From positions 300,001 to 332,000 of the forward strand of contig NZ_JHXR01000001.1 of the NCBI RefSeq assembly GCF_000621645.1: a stretch of DNA of 32,000 nucleotides, written 5' to 3'. The DNA comes from Vibrio cholerae ATCC 14035. GTDB lineage: Bacteria; Pseudomonadota; Gammaproteobacteria; Enterobacterales; Vibrionaceae. Positions within the stretch are counted from its first letter, which is position 1. Each line of letters opens with the position of its first letter. Positions 1 to 9,236 of the stretch are shown one piece after another. The translations under genes and the position numbers were made by a program. The notes under the pieces are model-generated. The model saw nothing but the letters and a program-made list of their open reading frames with translations, searched no databases and had not been told where the DNA came from.

Positions 1-2423
1 AGTACCGCTTCACGGATCACACTATCTTCACTTTGACGAACAAAGGTTTTGATGGCTAAACGGCGCGCTGGAGGTGTGGCAATAATCGACAGGTCACGCA
101 TACCACTCATGGCCATGTTGAGTGTACGTGGGATTGGCGTGGCAGTGAGAGTCAGAATATCCACATCGGCACGCATCGCTTTGACTTTTTCTTTTTGGCG
201 CACTCCGAAACGGTGTTCTTCGTCAACAATCAGCAAGCCAAGATCCGCAAAACGAATTTCGCTAGAGAGCAACTTATGGGTACCGACCAGAATGTCGACT
301 TTGCCGTCCGCTACGTCTTGTAGGATTTGTTTTTGCTCTTTGGCTGATTTAAAGCGGGAGAGCACTTCGACGCGGATCGGCAAGTTAGCAAAGCGGTCGC
401 GGAAGTTTTCAAAATGCTGCTGGGCGAGCAGCGTAGTTGGAACTAATACGGCGACTTGCTTGCCGTTATCGGTCGCGACAAACGCGGCGCGCATCGCTAC
501 TTCTGTTTTTCCAAAGCCGACGTCACCACACACCAAACGATCCATGGCTTTGGCTTGACACATGTCGGATAGCACGGCGTTGATCGCCATTGCTTGGTCA
601 TCGGTTTCTTCAAACGGGAAGGTGGCTTTGAAGGTCGCGTATTGTTCACGGTCGAGATGAAATTTAAAGCCCGGTTTGATTTCACGCTTGGCATACACAT
701 CCAAAAGTTCTGCCGCGACATCGCGCACTTTTTCCGCCGCTTTGCGGCGCGCTTTGACCCACGCTTCACCCCCTAATTTATGCAATTGGGCGGCTTCTTC
801 TGCGCCACCGGAGTAGCGGCTGATCAGGTTCAGTGACGAAACCGGCACATACAGCTTGGCTTCGTTTTGGTACTCCAGCATCACGTATTCGCTGACCATG
901 CCACCCGCTTCAAGGGTTTGTAAGCCTAAGTAACGTCCGATCCCGTGATCAATATGGACAACGGGTTGCCCCGGTTTGAGCTCGGCAAGGTTGCGGATTA
1001 CCGCATCACTGTTGGTGACGTTTTTGCGATCTTTTTTGCGGCGACGTTGAATCACCCGATCGCCCAGTAAATCGCTCTCACAAATCAAGGCAACTTGATT
1101 ATCACCATAGATAAATCCGCGCTCTGCTGAGCCGAGCACCAGTGAGTATTTTTCCGTTTGTTGGCACGCAAGGCTGAAATCATTTTGGCTTTGCGGGCGC
1201 AGTTTAATGCGCTGTAACAACTCCAGTAGCGCTTCACGGCGACCTTCCGACTCGACTGAGAAAATGATTTTGCCGGTAAATTGTTCGCTAAATTGGCGCA
1301 GTGCCGCCAAAGGCTCTTTGTTTTGATGTTCAACGGCCAATACGGGTAGTGGTTGAACTTGCGCATTCATTCGACCGGCACGCAGCTCGATAGGTGAGCT
1401 TGTCAGTTGGACTTGCGGCAGAGTTTTAAAGTGGGCAAACAGCTCATCTTTACGCAGCCACAACTCATTGGGCGGCAGCAGTGGGCGCAGTGGGTCGATA
1501 TTGCGTTGGTCGTAGCGGTAATCGACATCAGTTAAGAACTGGTCGATGGCTTTTTCCAGCTCGCCAACCACCAAAAGCTGGCTGTTGGCGGGCAGGTAAT
1601 CAAACAGAGTCTCGCTGTGCTCAAAAAAGAGTGGCTGCCAATACTCAATCCCTGCCGGCCAAGTGCCTTTAGAGACTTGGCTGTAAACCGATTCCGGCTC
1701 GCGGCGCGCTTCAAAACGCTGTCGCCAGCGGTTACGAAACTCTTCGATCGCCGCGGCCGTCGTCGGAAACTCATGGGCGGGCAGCAGGCGAATTTCATCC
1801 ATTTCAGCGATTGAGCGCTGATTGTCTGGATCAAAGGTGCGAATGGTGTCGATTTCATCATCAAAGAAATCGATCCGGAATGGGTCGCTACTGCCCATAG
1901 GGAAGAGATCAAGAATCGACCCGCGACTGGCGTATTCACCGGGGCCAAAGACCTGATCGACATGGCGATAGCTGCTGTTTTCTAACTGCAAGCGCAGTTT
2001 ATCCAGTGAAAAGTGATCGCCACGTTTAACAATTAAGGTGTGCTGCAACAAAAAGTCACGTGGTGACTGGCGCTGAAGCAAGGTACTGACCGGGACAATC
2101 GTGATACCGCGCGTTAAGCTTGGGAGCTGATACAAACGCGAAATACGATCAGAAATGATGTCCTGATGGGGTGAAAAATTATCGTAGGGCAGCGTTTCCC
2201 AATCGGGGAAGAGCGCCACTTCGCTGTGGCTAAACTGTTCCACTTCGTGTAGCAATTTGAGCGCGGTTTGTGGATCGGGCACGGCGAGCAACGTATGGCT
2301 CGTATGAGCATTGGCGAGTTCCGCAATGGCCAGCGCTAAACTTGCGCCGTGTAAATTACCGATGGCTTTTTTGTCTCCGGCACCTTGCGCCGAAAACAGA
2401 GAGAGTAAAGAGTGTGTAGTCAT
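1..2423 (-). CDS. mfd: Transcription-repair coupling factor Mfd, N-terminal ~807 codons; the 3' part lies beyond the left edge
   Basis: The minus-strand frame from ATG (2423-2421) reads to position 1 with no stop. It is absent from the ORF track only because the window truncates it. The translation begins MTTHSLLSLFSAQGAGDKKAIGNLHGASLALAIAELA. It contains the helicase motifs LVCGDVGFGKTEVAMRAAF, LLIVDEEHRFGV and LTATPIPRTL, typical of Mfd/RecG. All small track ORFs in 49-2499 are alternate-frame or antisense to it. Confidence 0.95.
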   Translation of the reverse strand, partial: MTTHSLLSLFSAQGAGDKKAIGNLHGASLALAIAELANAHTSHTLLAVPDPQTALKLLHEVEQFSHSEVALFPDWETLPYDNFSPHQDIISDRISRLYQLPSLTRGITIVPVSTLLQRQSPRDFLLQHTLIVKRGDHFSLDKLRLQLENSSYRHVDQVFGPGEYASRGSILDLFPMGSSDPFRIDFFDDEIDTIRTFDPDNQRSIAEMDEIRLLPAHEFPTTAAAIEEFRNRWRQRFEARREPESVYSQVSKGTWPAGIEYWQPLFFEHSETLFDYLPANSQLLVVGELEKAIDQFLTDVDYRYDQRNIDPLRPLLPPNELWLRKDELFAHFKTLPQVQLTSSPIELRAGRMNAQVQPLPVLAVEHQNKEPLAALRQFSEQFTGKIIFSVESEGRREALLELLQRIKLRPQSQNDFSLACQQTEKYSLVLGSAERGFIYGDNQVALICESDLLGDRVIQRRRKKDRKNVTNSDAVIRNLAELKPGQPVVHIDHGIGRYLGLQTLEAGGMVSEYVMLEYQNEAKLYVPVSSLNLISRYSGGAEEAAQLHKLGGEAWVKARRKAAEKVRDVAAELLDVYAKREIKPGFKFHLDREQYATFKATFPFEETDDQAMAINAVLSDMCQAKAMDRLVCGDVGFGKTEVAMRAAFVATDNGKQVAVLVPTTLLAQQHFENFRDRFANLPIRVEVLSRFKSAKEQKQILQDVADGKVDILVGTHKLLSSEIRFADLGLLIVDEEHRFGVRQKEKVKAMRADVDILTLTATPIPRTLNMAMSGMRDLSIIATPPARRLAIKTFVRQSEDSVIREAV

Positions 2424-2425
2424 AG

Positions 2426-3001
2426 TCACGCTTGAGGTTTTTCTCGGTCTAGTGAGCGTTGACGCAGCAGGCGCTGCTGTTGGTAGAGAGCGGCTTTGAT
2501 CAGCAAATCTTGATCCACATCGCGCAGCAGATCGTACTTGAGAGTCACTAAGGTGTGCTCAGGTTCTTGCTGGCATTGCATCACACTGGCGTAGCAATAA
2601 ATCGCGGCGGCGGGGTATTCCAAAAACAGTTTTACCCGCACTTTTTGTCCAATCTGCAGTGGTGATTTGGCCAAATAGGTCAGTTGACTGGCACCAAAAC
2701 GAGTGGTCGCACTGCGTGATTGAGGATCATCTTGTTGTGACAGCATAAAAGTCAGCAGTAGATTCAGTTTGGCATTTTGCGCTTCAAGCAGTTGCAATAC
2801 GCTTTTAAAGTCACTGTTTTTCAGCTCCATGCGTGCGCTATCACTGAGTTGTTCCAACTGGCTAAATTCGCTGGCGACCACAAATGGCGCGGGGATCTCC
2901 GCTTCAAAAATCTCATGAGAAGGTAGGGTGAAATGCTCCGCCAACGGTTCCACATTGATGGTTAGCGCGTGGTGAACAGTAAAGAATTCTTGGTCATTCA
3001 T
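2426..3001 (-). CDS. plzB: PilZ-like protein (191 aa) with degenerate c-di-GMP binding motifs, co-oriented with and abutting mfd
   Basis: Complete ORF. Its stop TGA (2428-2426) lies 2 nt upstream of the mfd ATG. The C-terminal half (SRSATTRFGASQLTYLAKSPLQIGQKVRVKLFLEY) resembles a PilZ barrel, but the RxxxR and D/NxSxxG motifs are not canonical. The symbol rests on my recollection that V. cholerae PlzB (VC1885) sits next to mfd. Confidence 0.55.
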   Translation of the reverse strand: MNDQEFFTVHHALTINVEPLAEHFTLPSHEIFEAEIPAPFVVASEFSQLEQLSDSARMELKNSDFKSVLQLLEAQNAKLNLLLTFMLSQQDDPQSRSATTRFGASQLTYLAKSPLQIGQKVRVKLFLEYPAAAIYCYASVMQCQQEPEHTLVTLKYDLLRDVDQDLLIKAALYQQQRLLRQRSLDREKPQA

Positions 3002-3176
3002 AGAGGGTTCCTTCTCACATCTGTGTTGATTATCGTCATAAGCAGTAACTAATCAAGGTATGTCCTTGTTATGGGTGTGAAATAAACGTTCTCTTACACA
3101 GATTTGATAAAGAAAAACTACAACCGCGCAGGGATTCTCGCTACATTAACGCCATTCTCTTCCTATGGTTGGATTT

Positions 3177-4385
3177 ATGTTTCATCCGATTTCGGCTTTT
3201 ATTGGTTTGCGCTATTTGCGCGGCCGCTCAGGGGATCGTTTTAGCCGCTTTGTCTCTTATATGTCGACGGCGGGGATCACGATCGGTGTGATGTCGCTAG
3301 TTACTGTTTTATCGGTGATGAACGGTTTTGAGGCGCAGCTTAAGTCACGCATTCTTGGGGTGTTACCTCAAGCGGTTGTCACCGAAGCCGCAGGCAAAAC
3401 CACCCTCAGCGCAACGCCCCCAGATTTTGTCACGGCATTATCGACTCAGCGCCCACCAGAGCCGTTAGTGCGCAGTGACGCGGTGGTGCAAAGTGCCTCG
3501 CAACTGGCTGCGGGTTTGTTGATTGGTATCGAGCCACAACAAAATGATCCGATTGAGCAACACCTGATTGCAGGTCGGGTAACGGCTTTGCAAGCGGGCG
3601 AGTATCAACTCTTTCTTGGGCATCTTCTTGCGCGCAGTTTGAATGTCACCGTGGGTGATAAAGTGCGTTTGATGGTGACAGAAGCGAGCCAATTTACCCC
3701 GTTGGGCCGTTTGCCCAGTCAGCGAAACTTTACGGTAGCGGGAATTTTTAATACCGGTTCGGATGTGGATGGGCAACTCATGGTGACTCATCTGCGCGAT
3801 GCGGCCAAGCTATTGCGCTATGATGCACAGACCATTTCAGGTTGGCGGCTATTTTTTGATGACCCGTTTGTGGTCAGTCAGCTTGCCGAACAGCCATTGC
3901 CGCAAGATTGGCAATGGAGCGACTGGCGTGAGCAGCGCGGTGAACTGTTTCAAGCGGTACGTATGGAAAAGAACATGATGGGGCTGATGCTCGGACTTAT
4001 CGTTGGGGTGGCTGCGTTTAATATTATTTCTGCGCTGATCATGGTAGTGATGGAGAAGCAGGCTGAGGTGGCGATTTTAAAAACCCAAGGCATGCAGTCA
4101 CAACATGTGCTGGCGATTTTCATGGTACAAGGCGCCAGCAGCGGTGTGATTGGTGCGCTGGTTGGTGGTTTACTTGGCGTGCTGTTGGCGGCCAATTTAA
4201 ATAGCCTGATGGAAGCCTTAGGTGTTGCCCTTTTTTCGGTGGGTGGCAGTTTGCCAGTGGCGATTGATCCGCTGCAGATTGTCCTCGTTATTGTTCTTGC
4301 GATTGTATTAAGTCTGTTGGCAACGCTGTTTCCAGCCTATCGCGCATCTTCTGTTCAACCCGCTGAGGCGTTACGTTATGAATAA
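3177..4385 (+). CDS. lolC: Lipoprotein-releasing system transmembrane subunit LolC
   Basis: Collinear with E. coli LolC: [17 protein letters not shown] versus MYQPVALFIGLRYMRGR, and the C-terminus QPAEALRYE is identical. The track ORF starts 4 codons earlier (3165); homology favours 3177. FtsX/MacB-type permease. Confidence 0.9.
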   Translation: MFHPISAFIGLRYLRGRSGDRFSRFVSYMSTAGITIGVMSLVTVLSVMNGFEAQLKSRILGVLPQAVVTEAAGKTTLSATPPDFVTALSTQRPPEPLVRSDAVVQSASQLAAGLLIGIEPQQNDPIEQHLIAGRVTALQAGEYQLFLGHLLARSLNVTVGDKVRLMVTEASQFTPLGRLPSQRNFTVAGIFNTGSDVDGQLMVTHLRDAAKLLRYDAQTISGWRLFFDDPFVVSQLAEQPLPQDWQWSDWREQRGELFQAVRMEKNMMGLMLGLIVGVAAFNIISALIMVVMEKQAEVAILKTQGMQSQHVLAIFMVQGASSGVIGALVGGLLGVLLAANLNSLMEALGVALFSVGGSLPVAIDPLQIVLVIVLAIVLSLLATLFPAYRASSVQPAEALRYE

Positions 4386-5064
4386 CCTTTTACGTTGTCA
4401 TCAGGTTTGCAAAACCTATCAAGAAGGGGAGTTGCAAACTCAGGTTCTTAAAGGGGTGAGTTTTGAGCTAAAACGCGGTGAGTTGGTCTCAATCATCGGC
4501 TCTTCTGGCTCAGGCAAAAGTACCTTGCTGCATATTTTGGGTGCACTGGATGACGCCAGTGAAGGGCAAGTGGAGTTTCTTGGCCAGTCTTTGCATCAGT
4601 TAAGTTCGAATAAGCAAGCGAAGATCCGCAATCAGCACTTGGGATTTGTTTATCAGTTTCACCATTTGCTGGCGGATTTTTCTGCTTTAGAAAATGTGGC
4701 GATGCCACTCTTGATTGGTGGCATGAATGTGGCGAAAGCCAAAGCGAAGGCGCAGAGCCTGCTTGAGCGAGTGGGTTTAGGCCATCGCGTGGCGCATCGT
4801 CCATCGGAATTATCTGGTGGCGAAAGACAACGCGTCGCCATTGCTCGCGCGTTAGTCAATAAGCCGGATTTGGTGCTGGCCGATGAACCGACGGGCAATC
4901 TGGACCATAAAACGGCGCTGTCTATTTACGATTTGATGCGTGAGTTGAACCGCGAATCCGGTACCGCCTTTTTGGTGGTCACTCACGATGGCGAGTTGGC
5001 GGCGAAAATGGATCGTCACATGCACATGAAAGATGGGCTGCTAACCGATATCACGGGGGCTTAA
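4378..5064 (+). CDS. lolD: Lipoprotein-releasing system ATP-binding protein LolD
   Basis: Walker [13 protein letters not shown] signature LSGGERQR, Walker [13 protein letters not shown]. Collinear with E. coli LolD. Its ATG overlaps the lolC stop by 8 nt. Confidence 0.94.
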   Translation: MNNLLRCHQVCKTYQEGELQTQVLKGVSFELKRGELVSIIGSSGSGKSTLLHILGALDDASEGQVEFLGQSLHQLSSNKQAKIRNQHLGFVYQFHHLLADFSALENVAMPLLIGGMNVAKAKAKAQSLLERVGLGHRVAHRPSELSGGERQRVAIARALVNKPDLVLADEPTGNLDHKTALSIYDLMRELNRESGTAFLVVTHDGELAAKMDRHMHMKDGLLTDITGA

Positions 5065-6309
5065 GTGTTTTCCTCTCTCGCTCTGTTTATTGGCGGACGC
5101 TTTAGTCGCGCTAAACAACGTAACAAGATGGTGTCGTTTATTTCGTTGTCGTCCACGATTGGGATTGCGGTTGGTGTGGCGGTGATCATCATCGGCCTTT
5201 CGGCGATGAATGGTTTTGAGCGTGAATTGCAAACCCGTGTTCTATCCGTTATCCCACATGGGGAATTTGAGGGCGTGCGCGGACCTGTCGAACGCTGGCC
5301 TGATTTAATGGCGCAAGCCGCGCGTCACCCACAAATTGTTGCGGCAGCGCCGTATGTGAAGATCACAGCACTTGCCGAAAGTGGCACTCAGCTTAAAGCG
5401 ATTGAAGTGCGCGGTGTGGATCCGCAGCGTGAGCAAGCCGTATCTCGCTTGTCGCAGTTTATTACCGCGCAGGCATGGCAAGACTTTCGCCCCGGTCAGC
5501 AGCAGGTGATTTTAGGCCAAGGTGTTGCGGAGAAATTAGGCGTGCAGGTTGGTGATTTCATTACCTTGATGATCCCAAGTGCCAACAGTGGTGACAAGGT
5601 GCAAGCACCGAAGCGGGTCCGTGTGAAAGTCAGCGGCTTATTGGCACTGAACGGGCAGATTGATCACAGCTTAGCGCTACTGCCGCTAGAAGATGCCCAA
5701 GCTTATGCTCACTTAGGTAGTGGTGTTACCGGTATCTCTGTTAAGGTGGCCGATGTGCTGCAAGCAACGCAGATCGTACGTGATGTGGGTAATCAACTGA
5801 ACGAATACGTCTATCTGCATAGTTGGCAGCAAAAGTACGGCTTTTTGTATCGCGATATTCAGTTGGTGCGCACCATTATGTATTTAGTAATGGTACTGGT
5901 GATTGGGGTCGCGAGCTTTAACATCGTCTCGACTCTGATGATGGCGGTAAAAGATCGCGCAGGCGAAATCGCTATATTGCGCACTATGGGCGCGACCGAT
6001 GGCTTGATCAAACGTATTTTCGTCTGGCAAGGCGTGTTTTCTGGGGTTCTGGGTAGTGTGGTCGGCAGTGTATTGGGTATGGTTGTCGCCTTTAATTTAA
6101 CGCCTTTGATCAAAGGGTTAGAGCATCTGATCGGACATCAGTTTTTATCCGGTGATATCTATTTCGTTGATTTTCTTCCTTCACAGGTGGAGTGGGCAGA
6201 TGTAGTGCTGGTTTCAGGGACGGCGATTGTGCTGAGTTTGCTGGCGACTTGGTACCCCGCGCGGCGCGCAAGCCGACTCAATCCTGCGCAAGTGTTGAGT
6301 AGTAAATAA
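5065..6309 (+). CDS. lolE: Lipoprotein-releasing system transmembrane subunit LolE
   Basis: GTG start immediately after the lolD TAA. Collinear with E. coli LolE (GLSAMNGFERELQ, YRDIQLVR, WYPARRAS). Confidence 0.92.
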   Translation: MFSSLALFIGGRFSRAKQRNKMVSFISLSSTIGIAVGVAVIIIGLSAMNGFERELQTRVLSVIPHGEFEGVRGPVERWPDLMAQAARHPQIVAAAPYVKITALAESGTQLKAIEVRGVDPQREQAVSRLSQFITAQAWQDFRPGQQQVILGQGVAEKLGVQVGDFITLMIPSANSGDKVQAPKRVRVKVSGLLALNGQIDHSLALLPLEDAQAYAHLGSGVTGISVKVADVLQATQIVRDVGNQLNEYVYLHSWQQKYGFLYRDIQLVRTIMYLVMVLVIGVASFNIVSTLMMAVKDRAGEIAILRTMGATDGLIKRIFVWQGVFSGVLGSVVGSVLGMVVAFNLTPLIKGLEHLIGHQFLSGDIYFVDFLPSQVEWADVVLVSGTAIVLSLLATWYPARRASRLNPAQVLSSK

Positions 6310-6317
6310 CATCAAAC

Positions 6318-6343
6318 AAAAAAGGACCTTCGGGTCCTTTTTT
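6318..6343. terminator. Bidirectional Rho-independent terminator shared by lolE (+) and the DUF2062 gene (-)
   Basis: aaaaaaGGACC-ttcg-GGTCCtttttt: a GC stem with a TTCG loop, flanked by an A-run and a T-run. It therefore presents a U-tract on either strand. Confidence 0.8.
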
Positions 6344-6423
6344 CATGCTGAGTAAACAGAGTTTGCATTGTTTAAGCTGCGCTTGTTCGCAACTCTCTTG
6401 CAATCGTGAGTGCACAAGATGCG

Positions 6424-6954
6424 TTAAGGCAGATTCTCCGGCATTTTACTGGTGCGACGTTTTTGCCAACTGCGCACAACGGAGTAGCGCCACAAACCGC
6501 GAATCCCAAAGTAACCAATTAACGATGCCAATACCGCGCAAACTGCGCAGCCGAGTAAGAACGGTGGCCCAATGGTGCTCATCTGATTGAGTAAAAATTC
6601 CCAAGTCAGCTCAAAATGGAAGGATTGAGCGGGAGTTCCCATCAACCATGCGCCGAGTTTGTATGTGAAATAAAAGATGACAGGCATAGTGATTGGGTTG
6701 GTGATCCACACTAAGGCGATGGAGAGTGGCAGATTGACCCCCAGTACGATGGCGAGACCGGCAGCCATAATCATTTGGCTGGGCAGTGGTACAAAGGCCA
6801 TAAACAGCCCTACCGCAAACGCGCCAGCGGCAGAGCGGCGGTTTAAGCACCATAGGTTTGGGTTATACAGCACATTACCAAACACGCGCAGCGCTTTTTG
6901 GCGTTTGATCACATCGTGGTCAGGCATAAACCGTTTAATGAATTTTCTTGGCAT
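6424..6954 (-). CDS. DUF2062-family inner-membrane protein (176 aa)
   Basis: The N-terminus MPRKFIKRFMPDHDVIKRQKALRVFGNVLYNPNLWCLNRRSAAGAFAVGLFMAFVPLPSQM and the segment NLPLSIALVWITNPITMP match my recollection of the DUF2062 signature. Three to four hydrophobic spans. Divergent from comEC, as I recall for other gamma-proteobacteria. Confidence 0.75.
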   Translation of the reverse strand: MPRKFIKRFMPDHDVIKRQKALRVFGNVLYNPNLWCLNRRSAAGAFAVGLFMAFVPLPSQMIMAAGLAIVLGVNLPLSIALVWITNPITMPVIFYFTYKLGAWLMGTPAQSFHFELTWEFLLNQMSTIGPPFLLGCAVCAVLASLIGYFGIRGLWRYSVVRSWQKRRTSKMPENLP

Positions 6955-9206
6955 ACGGGATTATGACTCTCTTGTCGAATTACTGGTCTCTCATTTCTTT
7001 TTCGATCACCGTGCTGTCTGCCCCTTATTGGCCTTGGATGCCGAGTTGGGGTTGGGCTTGGTTATGCCTTATTGTTATGGTTTTGCTCGGTTATCACCGA
7101 GTTGGCCGTCAATTCCTTGGCTTCGTGGCTGCCATACTAACCATTGTGCTACAGGGCAACCTTATACGAGATCAATCCAATGTGCTCTATCAAGCAGGGC
7201 CGGATATTATCATAAAAGGCCGTGTTGACAGCTTTTTTACGCAAACTCGTTACGCTTATGAGGGTTTTGTCCTCATTCATGAAGTGAATGGACAAACCTT
7301 AAACAAAATGACTCGCCCTCGCATACGTTTAAGTGCCCCTTTACTGTTACAACCCAATGATCGCGTCGAATTTTCGGTAACTCTCAAGCCGATAGTGGGT
7401 CGACTCAACCAAACCGGCTTTGATTTAGAAGCGCATTACATGGCGCAATCTGTCGTCGCACGAGCGGTCGTAAAACCTGACACTGCTTATCAAATTGTGC
7501 AAGAGAGTGGCATAAGGTCAAGTTTGTTTTTTGAGCTAGAGCAATTAACGCATACCAGCCCATACCAAGGATTGATCTTAGCCCTGACGTTTGGCGAGCG
7601 AAAAGGTATTGATGAGCAAGAGTGGCAAGCCTTACGCAATAGTGGCTTAATTCATTTAGTGGCCATTTCGGGGCTGCACATTGGTATCGCTTTTAGCGTG
7701 GGGTATTTTCTCGGGCTCGGCATGATGCGTTTTCATGCTCAGTTATTGTGGTCCCCTTTTGTGTGTGGGGCTTTACTGGCGGTGCTCTACGCTTGGCTGG
7801 CCGGATTTACGTTGCCTACTCAGCGTGCATTGATTATGTGCTTACTCAATGTGGCGTTGATCATGTTGGCTTTTCCTCTTTCCGCGCTCAAGCGGATTCT
7901 ACTCACCTTAGTCGCGGTCTTGCTTTGGTCGCCATTCGCCTCACTTTCAAACAGTTTCTGGATGTCGTTTTTGGCGGTCGCGATTGTTCTCTACCAATTA
8001 GCCAGTCAAAGCCAGCGTCAGGTGTGGTGGAAAGCTCTTCTTTGGGCGCAGGTGTTCCTCGTCTGTTTAATGGCACCGGTCACGGCCTATTTTTTCGGTG
8101 GCTTAAGCGTAACGGCAGTTCTGTACAATTTGGTGTTTATTCCTTGGTTTTCGTTGGTGATTGTCCCAGCTTTGTTTTTGGGTCTATTACTCATGGTGGT
8201 ATGGCCTAGTGTGGCCGCCGCTTACTGGCCTTGGGTGGATTGGACGTTTTTACCGCTCGATTGGGCTTTGCAGTTTGCCGATGTAGGCTGGTGGGTGGTC
8301 CCCAGCAAAGTACAAGGTGTGGTCGCAGCGAGTGTGGCCATCCTCTTGCTTTATCGATTTATGAGCCTAAAAGCCTGCAGCTTATTATTGGGTATGATTG
8401 GCTTATGGTGGTGGTTTCCCTCTCTCACTCCACTTTGGCGAATGGATGTGCTGGATGTTGGACATGGCTTGGCGATTGTGATTGAGCAAGATGAGCGAGC
8501 AATTGTCTACGATACAGGCAGCAGTTGGCCGGGAGGCAGCTATGTGCAAAGCGTGATTGAGCCTATGCTCCAACAGCGGGGGCTACGCCAAGTGGATGGA
8601 GTGATTTTAAGTCATCTTGATAATGATCATGCGGGTGATTGGCAAGGTTTAGCTGAGCGCTGGCAACCCAATTGGATTCGTGCCAGCCAACTCGGGACAG
8701 AGTTTATGCCTTGTATCCGTGGTGAAAGCTGGCAGTGGCAATCTCTCCATTTTACGGTGTTATGGCCACCACAAGCGGTTAGCCGAGCGTACAACCAGCA
8801 TTCGTGTGTGATTCGTATGACCGATACTCAGTCTAACCATTCTGTACTGCTCTCCGGGGATGTCACAGCCATGGGGGAGTGGCTGCTTGCTCGCGACGGA
8901 GCGCAACTGCAAAGTGAGGTGATGATCGTGCCGCACCACGGCAGTAAAACATCGTCCACCGCAGAGTTTATTGCCCAAGTGAATCCCAAACTTGCGATTG
9001 CTTCTGTGGCGAAAGATAACCGCTGGAATTTGCCTAATCCGCAAGTCGTGGCACGTTATCAAGCTCAGCAAGTTGAGTGGCTAGATACTGGACACGCTGG
9101 GCAAATTAGCCTCTTTTTCTATCTAGATCAGCTGGATTGGTTTACCCAGCGTAGCCTTGGCTGGCAGCCTTGGTATAGGCAGATGCTGCGTAAAGGAGTA
9201 GAATGA
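6948..9206 (+). CDS. comEC: DNA internalization competence protein ComEC/Rec2
   Basis: A large polytopic membrane core is followed by a C-terminal metallo-beta-lactamase-type domain (MDVLDVGHGLAIVI, LSHLDNDHAGD, VPHHGSKTS). Collinear with E. coli YcaI. Conserved synteny comEC-msbA-lpxK-ycaR-kdsB. An alternative start is ATG 6963 (MTLLSNYW). Confidence 0.9.
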   Translation: MAYGIMTLLSNYWSLISFSITVLSAPYWPWMPSWGWAWLCLIVMVLLGYHRVGRQFLGFVAAILTIVLQGNLIRDQSNVLYQAGPDIIIKGRVDSFFTQTRYAYEGFVLIHEVNGQTLNKMTRPRIRLSAPLLLQPNDRVEFSVTLKPIVGRLNQTGFDLEAHYMAQSVVARAVVKPDTAYQIVQESGIRSSLFFELEQLTHTSPYQGLILALTFGERKGIDEQEWQALRNSGLIHLVAISGLHIGIAFSVGYFLGLGMMRFHAQLLWSPFVCGALLAVLYAWLAGFTLPTQRALIMCLLNVALIMLAFPLSALKRILLTLVAVLLWSPFASLSNSFWMSFLAVAIVLYQLASQSQRQVWWKALLWAQVFLVCLMAPVTAYFFGGLSVTAVLYNLVFIPWFSLVIVPALFLGLLLMVVWPSVAAAYWPWVDWTFLPLDWALQFADVGWWVVPSKVQGVVAASVAILLLYRFMSLKACSLLLGMIGLWWWFPSLTPLWRMDVLDVGHGLAIVIEQDERAIVYDTGSSWPGGSYVQSVIEPMLQQRGLRQVDGVILSHLDNDHAGDWQGLAERWQPNWIRASQLGTEFMPCIRGESWQWQSLHFTVLWPPQAVSRAYNQHSCVIRMTDTQSNHSVLLSGDVTAMGEWLLARDGAQLQSEVMIVPHHGSKTSSTAEFIAQVNPKLAIASVAKDNRWNLPNPQVVARYQAQQVEWLDTGHAGQISLFFYLDQLDWFTQRSLGWQPWYRQMLRKGVE

Positions 9207-9236
9207 GCGCAATTTTATAATCAGAAAAGCTTCTTT

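Noticed and set aside
49-2499. Track ORFs 49-558(+), 497-769(-), 594-776(+), 1085-1366(-), 1481-1672(+), 1532-1963(-), 1617-1814(+), 2114-2326(-) and 2311-2499(+), which could be taken for fragments of a decayed gene.
   Set aside because: An uninterrupted minus-strand frame (2423 to 1) encodes a clean Mfd N-terminal and helicase region. All of these ORFs are antisense or alternate-frame shadows of it. mfd is intact, not a pseudogene.
6345-7228. ORFs 6345-6590(+) of 81 aa, 6611-6853(-) of 80 aa and 6677-7228(+) of 183 aa.
   Set aside because: They overlap the terminator or are antisense or alternate-frame to the well-supported DUF2062 and comEC genes. They have Cys/Arg/Ser-rich low-quality compositions and no SD.
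7748-8485. ORFs 7748-8209(+) of 153 aa and 8231-8485(+) of 84 aa inside comEC.
   Set aside because: They are alternate frames of the same strand within a continuous comEC frame supported by homology, so they are shadow ORFs.
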